Source: Salpingoeca rosetta (taxonomy: Eukaryota > Protista > Choanoflagellata). From it: 64,000 nucleotides of DNA. A program made the translations under genes and the position numbers. The stretch lies in NCBI GenBank assembly GCA_033442325.1, contig JAWQFM010000030.1, forward strand, positions 92,323 to 156,322, read 5' to 3'. Below the pieces are notes generated by a model, which saw nothing but the letters and a program-made list of their open reading frames with translations, was not told where the DNA came from and made no database searches. Shown piece after piece: positions 36,299-64,000 of this stretch (position 1 is its first letter; each line of letters begins with the position of its first letter).

Positions 36299-37002
36299 GC
36301 ATCGTGGCCGTCGCCGTCTTCCTCCCGCGCGTAGTTGTTGGAAGAAGCTGGGTTCTTCGCGAGCTGTTGTCCGTCCTGCGCGCCATCTTCGTCCTGCGCG
36401 CCATCTTGGTCCTGCTCGCCATCTTGGTCCTCGGTGCGTTTCATACCGCCTGTCACTTGCTCTAGATTGCGCCCAGGCAACTGCTCCTCCTCAGCGGTGG
36501 TGTGGCTGCTTTCGACCACGTGGCATGCGGGCCGTGCTTGCGATAGGCTGTCATCGTCGTCACCGTGACTCTGGCTTGTGATGCTGCACCCAAGAACAGC
36601 ATGAATGATCTCGTCGTCAGAGAACACGTCATCATCGACGCCTTTGCACGAAGTGTCGCCGTTGCTCTTGTGCTCGCTGCTTGGTGCGTGACTGGCGTTG
36701 TCGCGTTGTCTGCAACCAAAGCTGGGTGCGAAGTGGAGCGTATGTGAGCGTCGATGCGTGCGCTTCGGCTGGTGCTTGGGTGGGCGTGTGCCGCCTCCAG
36801 TGCTGGCGCTGTCGTCTTGGCTGTCGATGGTGGCGAGGGAGTCGACGCTGGCGCGGAGGTGCTCGCGTGAGCGCCAGGGGCGTGACTGCTCATGTAGCAG
36901 CTCGAAGATGGAACACGGCTTGTCCTGCACGGTCTCAGACCACGTTGGCCAAAAGCTCTTCTCAGCCAACGCGCGTGCCATTGGTGAGCACTCTGTGGAC
37001 AT
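35503..37002 (-). CDS. Hypothetical 499-aa acidic, disordered protein (single exon)
   Basis: Long uninterrupted ORF with non-microsatellite coding-like sequence. No recognised domain. Confidence 0.65.
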
Positions 37003-37048
37003 GCTGCTGCTGCTGCTGCTGCGTGTGTGTGTATGTGTATGTATGTGT

Positions 37049-37087
<39 letters not shown>

Positions 37088-38366
37088 GGTGTGTGTGCGT
37101 GCGTGTTCGTATGTGCGTGCCCGTCGTTGGTTTAGCGAGAGCTCAAGCTCAGGTGTGTTGGCTGCTGAGATGGTGTGTAAAATGAACTTGGACCCATGAC
37201 AGCAATGAGACACGCACACAAACGAGCACAAGAAGATACGAACGCACAGGCGCATGTAAGGGAACATACACATACGCACCCGCATTGAAAGTGGTTGGGC
37301 TACGGGCAACGCCACAGGGAGTGCTCGTGCAAGCGACGCCAGGCACTCAAGTGCACCTAGGATGGCCAAGAACACAAGTGATGACGAACACCGATGCACA
37401 CAGCTGACACAATGTTCCTTGCGCTGGATGGCACGAGGGTGCCACCATCAATGATCACTGCGACCATTTGTGCCGTGTTTGTGATAGTGCGTTGCCACGA
37501 ACACCCCGACACGAGCACACGACCAATGATGGCACGAGCGCGCCAAGCTCGCGCACTGAGGATAGGCCGTCGCTGTTGTTGCGGTGCAGTCACGAGAACA
37601 ACGGCACCGGCACTGTTGACATGATGAGAAGCGATCGGTCCCGTCATTAGGCTGAGCCTCAATCAAGGTTAACATTGACATCATGTCACATCACTTGCTT
37701 CAGAGAAATCCAAAGGGTTGATTGCGTAGGCAGACCATTGTTTGTGGTGTTCTGGGGCACACACTCCTCGTGTGTCACGCTGTGCGAAGGAGTGTCGTGT
37801 GGTGGTGCAATGGGGTGTCGTGCCACGGCGTGTTGTGTGCGGGTGTCAGAGTGACATGAGAAACGAAATTTCACAAGCACAATCAATTCGTTTGGGAGGA
37901 GTGCGGATTGAAGGGAGGACAGACGAAGATGGTGACGTGATGTGATTGATGTTGATGTGACGGCACGAATGAACGATGTGTTGACGAAGACACGCGACAG
38001 AAGGACAGTAACATGGGTGGCCCCACGCGTGTGCAATAGAATGTAGCCCATGTTTGGAGACGAAATCAAGTCTGTAATGTGATCGTACCCACAAAGTAAG
38101 CCGAAAGAACGCTGTTCAACGCAAGAGAATGAATGAATGGAAGAATGAAACAAAGGAAGGAAGAGGTCGATGATGGTGTGGCTGTAACAGAGAGAACGCA
38201 TCCATCCAAACATCGCGTGTCTAAAACAGGCCAACCGTGTGGGCAGGTTCACAAATGAACACACACACAGTGCGCCACACACTACGCTCTTGCACTACAC
38301 ACACACAAAACATTTCACACACGCACACACACACACACGCACACACACGCACACCTGCACACACAC

Positions 38367-38397
<31 letters not shown>

Positions 38398-38446
38398 AAA
38401 CATTTCACACATGCACATAGAGCACCACACAACGCAGCACAGCGCA

Positions 38447-51175
<12,729 letters not shown>

Positions 51176-51555
51176 CGAAGCAGGCGTGATGCTTTTTGTT
51201 GTAGTGTTTCAAGTAGCTGTGGTTGTGGATGGCGGTGATGGGATGGTGGTGGTCGTCGTCAGAAGCAGAGGTGGGATCAGGTTGTGGTGGTGACAAACAA
51301 GAGTGTTTTGCTTTTGCTTGTTTTGCGCTTTGCTTTGCTTTGCTTGCAGGCTTGGCTTTGTTGGCTTGCGGAGGGAGGACAGCAAGAAGCAAAGCACGAA
51401 AGCAAAACAAACAGCAAAGGGAACATAAACAAACAGGATAAGTTGTGGCAAAGGAACGTGTAGAAAGTTATACGAAGATATGCTGAAAAGTGCCACAATT
51501 GTGCGGCAAAATTCAGCGTTGTGTTTCTATGCAAAAAATTGGCCTCCGCAGCTGA

Positions 51556-51638
51556 ACCCCAGTAGCGCAATGGCAGCGCGTCGGCCTCCTACGCCCGAAG
51601 TAAGCCGAAGGTTGCGGGTTCGAGTCCCGTCTGGGGTG
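51556..51638 (+). tRNA. trnR-CCU: tRNA-Arg(CCT) with 11-nt intron (51592-51602)
   Basis: Acceptor stem ACCCCAG/CTGGGGT; D stem GCGC/GCGC; anticodon stem TCGGC/GCCGA with loop CT-CCT-A[intron]A; T arm GCGGG-TTCGAGT-CCCGT. Confidence 0.92.
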
Positions 51639-51647
51639 TTTTTTTTT
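51639..51647 (+). terminator. RNA polymerase III oligo-T terminator
   Basis: T9 run directly after the tRNA discriminator base. Confidence 0.8.
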
Positions 51648-51835
51648 CCACAGCAGAAGAAGAAACCTGATGATGAGTTCCTGTTCCTCCCCCCCCCCCT
51701 TCTCCCCCCCTTCTCTCCTTTTGCTTCACGCGTTGTTCATTCATGCGTTTACTATTGCAACGACCAGCATTGCTACGAGTGCCCAGCACCCCTCACAGCC
51801 ACAACCACTCCAATAAACGACAGTTCTCGCTTTCG

Positions 51836-53059
51836 CTATCTGTCTTGCCTTTCCTTGGCAGCCTTTGGCTTGCCCTCCTCTTGCTGCTGCTGCTGGTGGT
51901 GGTGCTGTTGCTGCTGCGAGCGCGCCACGTGCTCACTTGTTGATTCCACTTGTGTGGTTGCCTGCGCATCAGCTGCTGCCCTGCTCTCAACGCCACCACT
52001 CTTGTTGTTGCTGGTGCTTGGTTGCTTGTGCTGGGTTCCTGTGAGCGACTCTTCCCACTGCGCCCAGTCTGTCACGGCATCCCATTCGCTCGACGCCTTT
52101 CCATCTTTGAACCCTGTCACGTACATACGTGGGAGTGGTATAGAGCAATGAATAAGTAAGGTAGAGCACGTTGGTGTCAACAGCACACGCAGACACACAC
52201 GGTGCCGTCCACCAGGTCTGAGTCTCACCCTGCGCAAACTTCTGAAGGGCAATGCGATACACGGCCACCCAGTCTTGAATATAGTCCTTGAGTGCGGGAC
52301 TTGCATCCTTCTGCACAACGGCAAGCAGCATCGCGTCGCCCAACAACGTCAGGCACGCAACGCCAGGCACGCAAGATGGCACGCAGCTGGTGGCACGCAA
52401 GATGGCACGCAGCTGGTGGCACGCAGCACACACACACACACACGCGCACAGACACACACACACATAGGCACAGACACACACGTACCATCAAGCCAGACGA
52501 CTCTTTGTGAATGTCCTTGACCGCTTGTCGCTGCTCCTGCATGGCCTTGATCAGCTCTTCCTGTTGCTTACGTCTGCGTTCTGTCAAAGGAACAAGCGCG
52601 GCGGAGAAAGTGCGGAAGGTGACGAGGTCGTATGCGTGTGTGTGTGTTTATCAGCGAGTGAGTAACAGGCGTGCCCATTGCGAGGCTGTGGTGGATGGAA
52701 CAATTCACTCCCACGTTTAAGCACGTCCACACACGTTCGCAAACACACTCACTGCCTTACCCGCAGCGCTTGTCCATGTGTCACGGTAGATTTTCCATCC
52801 GATCTTGATGCGGGTGAGTAAGGGTTTGCGCGTCTTCTGCAGCTCCTTCTGCTGCTCCTCATACCTTCAGGGGATGAGCGCATGGACGCGCAACTAAATG
52901 AGCAACTTGAATGCGCAACAGACCAGGGGAGCAACACACAGACACACAGACACACAGACACACAGACACACAGACACCCACAACACACCATCTTGGGTTT
53001 GGCAGCGGTCGCGTCTTCACAAACGTCTCCTCATACACTCTGCGCAGGAATCGCCGCAT
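51836..53059 (-). CDS. Small conserved protein resembling the plant EMB2735 family; 5 exons
   Basis: Phase-consistent splicing gives MRRFLRRVYEETFVKTRPLPNPRW-YEEQ...IGWKIYRDTW...SPALKDYIQDWVAVYRIALQKFAQGFKDG...KERQDR*. Family resemblance is from recall. Confidence 0.65.
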
Positions 53060-53099
53060 TGTGGAGAATTTGTAGGAAATGCGCACCAAATTTCAGCAG

Positions 53100-53192
<93 letters not shown>

Positions 53193-53654
53193 TGCCGTTC
53201 TTCGCTTCTTCTCTTCTTCTCTTCTTCTCTTCTTCGCTCACTCACTTGCTTACACCTCTCCTTTGTACCCGCCATCCCCCCCCCTACACACGCACGCACA
53301 CCTTCATTGTGTTGTCGTTCATCTTCTCAATTAAGTACACAATACGCACACATGCACACCAATGCACGCGCAAGCACACAAAGCAAAAAGCGAGGAACAT
53401 GGAGATTGTGTCTGCGCATGTGACACTGTCTGTGTGCAGCAGCACGCGACTGCACACGCACGTCCACGGTGGCCTCAGCCATACACTCACACCCGCGCAG
53501 AATAATGAAGCAAAAAGAAACAGAAAATGAATGAAATGACATGAAGTGACAGATGCATCTCCAGTTGCAATCACGCGCTCTCCTCTCCACACTTGGGTAT
53601 GTTCTCTGTTGGGTGGTGGGCAGTTCCTGCCCCGCGTAGTCTGACGAACGGATC

Positions 53655-55157
53655 TCAGCAGATGAATGTGTGTGAATCCAAGCGCTGAATCAACCGCTGC
53701 GCAACCGCACACATGTGACAAGCAAGCCGTGGTGAATGAGTAACATGCAAGTCACCAAGTCAGAAAAGTGACTGAGGCTGAGAGATGGAGAGACACAGAC
53801 CCACAGACCCACAGACCCACCACACACACACACACACACACTCTCTCTCTCTCTCTCTCACCCACACCCACACTCACCAGCTCTCGTCCCTCCCTTCCTC
53901 TCAACACCAACCTTGGCGCTGGTCGCTGGTCGCTGTGCGTTCTCCTTGTCCACAGCGGGCGCGTTCTCGTCGGCCTCGTCAGCGCCAGTACACTCGCTGC
54001 TACCGTCTCTGGTCGATCTCGCTATCATCATCAAGGGGCGCTTCTGCTGTGGCTCCCCGCTGCTGCTGCCTGCAAGCACATCAGACTGATCGTGCTGCCT
54101 GCGCCGCAGTGGTACCAGGTGCTTTCGGTCGTGCGTTGCCGCAGTCGTGGGCGTGCGCACAACATTGCGAGCCATCAGAGGTGGCCTTGTCGCCACGTCA
54201 GCAGCAACAGCTGACGCTGTTCCAGTCGACGTATCAGGCGCTGCTTTCTCATCGTCATCGCTCCGTCCACTGTTGCCGCTCACCAGCTTACTCCGAAGCA
54301 ACAACAACTGCTGCTGCTGCTGCTGCTTCTGCTCGTTGTGTTGCTGTCTGTGCTGACCGGATTGCTGTTGGGGTGGTTGGTCAAAGCGAAGTGGAACGTG
54401 CTGCGTATCGTCCCATTGCAGCTTCGGCATGGGGCGTGTCGAGCGTGGTCGTGCAATGCGTGGCGTGCGCTTGGCAGCAGCAGAGAGCGCTGCTCGCATG
54501 CACGGGCTGCTCACTTGCTCACGATCAAGTTCGCCATCGCCGCCAGCATCCGCGCTGCGTTGCATCGCGGTGGCCTCATCGTTGGCCTGCTTGACACCAT
54601 CTCTGCCGTTCGCCTTACGCTCATCAGCATCAGTAGAAGCATCAGTACAAGCAGCGGCTTTGGTGTCACGAGCATGGAGACTATTTGGCGGGAAACCAAA
54701 CGGGGTGCTTGGTGCATCGCCGCCGTTGTCATCAGCACGTGCGCCTGACGTCGACGCTGAAGTCAAGTCCACGGCTGATGATGCTGGTGATTGTGGTTGG
54801 GCTGAAGTGGTCCCCGTGACGTTCTTGGCGGTGGCGCTACCCGCAACAGCTTCATCAGCTGACTCGCCCCCCTTCCTCGACACATCATCAGTTGTTGTTG
54901 GTGCTGAGATGGACACGGCAGGCGGAATGTCACCAGCAGACAGGCCGCGCTTCCGTGACCGCGGCGTTGCCAGTCGCGACAGCACCTGCACGCAGGGAAT
55001 TGTGCATAAGCGTGTGAAACAGCAGTGAGGAGTGAGTGTGTGTATGTGTGCATGTGTGTGTGTGTGCAAGGAAGTGTAGGTGGGAAAGCCAATGACCTGC
55101 ACAGAGCACTTCCAAAGTCCTCGCAATAATTTGGAATTCCAATCACCACACACACAC

Positions 55158-55201
<44 letters not shown>

Positions 55202-55428
55202 TGCGTGCGCGCCGCGGTGTCGATGCAAGTGCGTGCGTGAGTTCCTTTAACCTGGACGGCTGCTGCTTTCGAAGCGCTTCTGCCTCGTTCTCCAACTGCG
55301 CAAATTGGCACGTGTGTGAGATCACGAAATACAATTATTGCGCGTGTGAATACGTTTGTGATTGCCACACACTGATTTGCACCAGTCAATGGCAAAATCA
55401 AACTGTTGTTCTCCTTTACCCACGCCAC

Positions 55429-55468
<40 letters not shown>

Positions 55469-56157
55469 TCAAATTCACACACACACACACACATACACTC
55501 ACGTGTTCAAATTCACACACACACACATACACTCACGCACAGACCTCGCGTCGCTCCTCCGCTGTTTCCGCCATGGACGCCGTCATCACCAGCATCTAAA
55601 GCCGTGTCAATGGTGTTTGGTGAGCTGAAAATGTCACGACACGCCAACATGCATGCATGCAGACGAATACAAGCAGCAATCCAAACACTGAAACCCATGT
55701 GAACATGCAGATGTACGTAGGTTCATGTACACTGCTACACACACACACATATCACCACGCCACAACGCCGGCAATCACTCACCGCAATGAGCTTGTCCCT
55801 GTATGTCTTGATGGCGGGGCGAGCGGCACCCTGTTCGAGAGCACGTGCCAATTTTGCGCGCCACTGCTCGCACATTTGGCGGTGCAACCCCAACACATCC
55901 GCACGTCCGCTTCCGTAGGACACAACCACGTCACCCGTGTCATCCATCACTGCTCCTCGCGCATCCCGCACAAACGGCGGTGGCGTTGCGGTTGTAGTTG
56001 CGGTTGCACATGCGCATGCACATGCACGGACATCTGCTGCTGTGGTTGGTGCTGGTGTTGTTGCTCTGGGTGCCGGTGTGGCGGACGTTGGTGTCGCCGC
56101 GTGCATGATGCGACTTGGAGTGGCAACACACGCATTCTTTGCTGCTGTCGTGTGGCT

Positions 56158-56214
<57 letters not shown>

Positions 56215-57070
56215 CAATGATGATGATGATGATGAGGATGATGAGGACGTTCTTGTAACTCTGCGTGAGGGTGTACATGTGCACGCCATAGGCACGTTGC
56301 TCGCTGTTGCTGTTGCTGGCAACGTGCCCGCACTCGTTCCCCTTTCCCGCGCTTCTTGCTCTAGTCATTATTGTGTGTGTGTGTGCATGTTGGAATGAAC
56401 GAAGGTTGCAATGGGTAAAACGCACAAGCAATCGCGTACGCCCACAGTAATGCTGTCACACATTGATGTACGTTCACATGTAAACAAACACACACGCAGG
56501 CGCACATACACACACACGCACACATATATACACACATACGCACATGTCCACACATATCTGCACTCGCGTGTTACTGCTTACCGAGGTGACAACGGTGCAT
56601 AATCTCTTCCTTGATGCAGCGGTCGAGGGTGGAGGCGAAATGGGTTGGCGCCTGAACACAAGACGAGTAATGTTACACACGTATGGTTGGTTTGTGAGCG
56701 TTGATGGATAGAGAGAAGTGGGCAGAGGGTGTGTGTAGTTGTGGAATATATGTGAGTGGGTCGGTGGAAGCCGAGTCGATGCACAGCGACATCACCAATC
56801 ACAACAGCAACAGTCACACCAACCAACAACAGCACTATCGACAACAACAGCCACTGTCCTTCCAGCTTTCGCCCTCTTCACTCACATCCAGGCATGTGGT
56901 TCCTGTTTGGATCAGGTACTCCCCGAGCTGGTTCACAAAGCATACGTGTCGTGCCTGCAAGCATAAAACAACATGATGTTGAGGAAAGGCGATGCGTCAG
57001 GCCTCTGCCGTGATTGCGTCTCGTCACGTTGACAGATAGAATGTTTAGCCCTCTCAAAAGAGAGCTATCA

Positions 57071-57131
<61 letters not shown>

Positions 57132-57372
57132 ACGCACGCACGCACGCACACACGCTGTCTCTCTCTTCCTCTATCTGTCTCTTCGCTTCACCTCCTCCAT
57201 GGCGGTGATCTTCCCGGTGTCATCCGATGAGATGAGTGAGGGGCTGATGCAACGCGACAGGTTCTCCGCGGTCATCTTGTTCTTGGGCGCTACACGTGAG
57301 AATGGACGAATTAATTGGTGGGTGAGTAGTTGGGCGAGCGAGTAGAACAGCAATCATTCAGCACACGTGGGA

Positions 57373-57448
<76 letters not shown>

Positions 57449-57716
57449 GCACACACACAACATGTCATCTCACACCACCACCATCACTGGCACGGCCCTC
57501 CTCCCGTCAACAAACCGTGCTTGTGAACAGTGTGCAGCATCCCCACAATCGCCTGTAGCGCCGTGCGGGCTGAGGAGGTCGCGACCATGTTCAGCAACAC
57601 ACATCCAACGACTTGTTGGTGAGGGCAACGCCAACATAGCGATGAATGCAGCGCATCGTGACAGGATGCGTGTCACTGCGGCCCCCTTCATACACACAGA
57701 CACTCACGCGCGCGCG

Positions 57717-57783
<67 letters not shown>

Positions 57784-58892
57784 GCTCACATACATACAAC
57801 ATACACATACCGTTGTTGGAGAGGCCGAGAAAGAAGAGTCGAAAGCCTTCCAATCGCTTCTCCTCGTTTGAAATGTCTAACGTGGGGCGTGAGAGTGAGA
57901 GGCACGACGACATGAGCGAAATTGCACAAAACACACGCCCTTCTTTACCTCCTTGTCTTCATTCACACACACACACACACGTACGCACACGTACGCACAC
58001 ACACACACAGACACACACACACACGTACGCACGCACCGAGCAATTTCTTCAGAAGTGGCAGCGACGAGTAGGACAGAATGCTCTGCTTCCAATTCACGAG
58101 CAGGTGCTTCAGCAAGCTCGTCAGCAGGTGCACATTGTGCCTGCGGGCGAGATGCAGAGCAATGAGAGCACGTATTGACAGTCGTCGGACGACAACGCAC
58201 CAGATAGTCATTGCACAACTCCAACAATCGCAAGCTCCTCCACGTCCACCCACATCTGCAAGTCACCTCCCCTCAACATACACACACACACACACACGCA
58301 CAAATCACGCACGATGTTCCGATGGCCACGTAGTCGATGGTTTTGCCGCTTTGCAGCTTGGCAAAGAGCGCAAGCATCTCCTTGCGGTTGGCGCCAATGC
58401 GAAACAGCCCTTCGTGGCTCGCACCTTTCGGACACACATTATCCAACAAGGTAAAGGCACACAACTCAATAAGTATGCTGACAACGACACCCACGCTCAT
58501 CAGCACTCTCGCCAACGCCAGTAAACACCACACCATTCTAGCGCCCGCCATCACACACACACACACACGCACACGCACGCACACACATACTCAAAACACA
58601 CAGACATATATGGTGACTTTAAGTCTCCCTTATACTCTTTCCACGTACATCTGTCGTCACGAAGCACGTTGACCAGCAAGATGATGTGACGCAGCAAGGG
58701 GTCGCACGTCTCGACAGCAGCTGTCATGGTTGCATTTGGGTACACGTGTACGTGTGTATGTATACGTATGTGTTTGTGTGTGCATGAGCGTGTCACAGAG
58801 CTGATAAGAAGAAAACAGGCAAACAAGATCAACATGTAAGCACGACCAGAGCACCACACACACACACATAAGTATACCCACCACACACACAA

Positions 58893-58924
<32 letters not shown>

Positions 58925-59159
58925 GAGTACACCCACCACACACACACACACACAAGTCCACACCTGGCACGTTTGTCGTGTATGGGGCGTAGTGTGGCTG
59001 GTCTGGCGAAGCGGCATCAATGTCCCGCAGGTTCTTCAATATCTCCGCGCCATCAGCCACCGTCAACTCCTGAGCAAAGGTCGTCTCCACAAGCTTCGAC
59101 AGCTGCTGCTTTACAGCCGCCTCCGCTGCACGGAACGGTATGTCTGCATGCTTCATCAT
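53655..59159 (-). CDS. RhoGAP-domain protein with long low-complexity C-terminus
   Basis: HEGLFRIGAN (arginine finger), HNVHLLTSLLKHLL, NKMTAENLSRCISPSL. Downstream exons can be joined through 56650, 55900, 55250 and 54984-53913. The 3' end is uncertain (53655 or 53858). Confidence 0.78.
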
Positions 59160-59204
59160 GCGTGTGTGTGTGCGTGTGTGTGCGTGCGTGTGTGTGTGTG
59201 TGTG

Positions 59205-59261
<57 letters not shown>

Positions 59262-59657
59262 CGCGTTGGCCGATCTCGCTTTTCAAATTTGCCGGCGCAA
59301 CCCAAGCAGCTGTCAAAATTGACAGCGGCTGCAAAAAGCAAACTATGTAGCCTGCAATTTGCAAAGCGCTGACACACAAACAAGACGAGAGCGGACAGCC
59401 GCACCCCACAACAACAACACAACGACAACCTGCCGTTCTTGTGCCTGATCGCCGCTCTGCTCCTCTTCTGCTCTGCTCCGCTGCTCCTCCACTGCTGCTT
59501 TGTGCACGCTGTGTACGCTCGTCCTCTCCTTCTCCTCCACCTTCCTTCACGCTGGTGTTGGAGTTTGAGCACGTACCATCTCAGTCACGGGTGTCGCTGC
59601 TGGCCACCACGCGTGCCACGTCGTGCGCATCAAACGAGACTGTGTCATACGCCAACC

Positions 59658-64000
<4,343 letters not shown>

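Noticed and set aside
37100-38250. Possible gene between the orphan ORF and the PTP 3' end
   Set aside because: Only short ORFs with no motifs or consistent splice structure; likely UTR or intergenic.
52366-52426. Short tandem repeat GGCACGCAAGATGGCACGCAGCTGGT, plus similar small duplications at ~451-505, ~30250-30292 and ~55466-55530
   Set aside because: Ordinary intronic slippage duplications with no further structure.
51836-59159. One continuous RhoGAP gene down to 51836
   Set aside because: No phase-consistent open exon path was found across 53100-53900, and 51836-53059 forms a self-contained gene with its own ATG.

Overview
Intron-rich eukaryotic genomic DNA. The dense (TG/CA)n and (GAT/CAT)n intronic microsatellites, GT-AG introns and gene content (receptor PTP, DUF5011/HYR receptor, RhoGAP) suggest a choanoflagellate, most likely Salpingoeca rosetta; this is an inference. 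Most ORF-track entries are microsatellite artefacts. Manual exon joining gives about 14 protein genes: a partial C2H2 zinc-finger gene, a CNBD2-like cNMP-binding protein, MDP1, a WD40 protein, MICU1, TMEM214, an intact intron-containing piggyBac-like transposase, a PAQR receptor, PGS1, an acidic orphan protein, a very large receptor tyrosine phosphatase with about 55 TNFR-like Cys repeats, an EMB2735-like protein, a RhoGAP, and a partial Cys-rich/DUF5011 type I receptor. There is also an intron-containing tRNA-Arg(CCT). Assembly gaps lie at 3549-4182, 27811-27910 and 31429-31662, and 27.8-34.1 kb shows signs of misassembly. The most notable signals are: (i) polarised complementary repeats at intron ends with C/A-rich acceptors, suggesting structure-assisted splicing; (ii) the piggyBac-like gene without recognisable TIRs, flanked on both sides by the palindrome GTATCA-N4-TGATAC; (iii) the TNFR-like/SEA-like receptor PTP; (iv) a PGS1 copy missing its first HKD motif.
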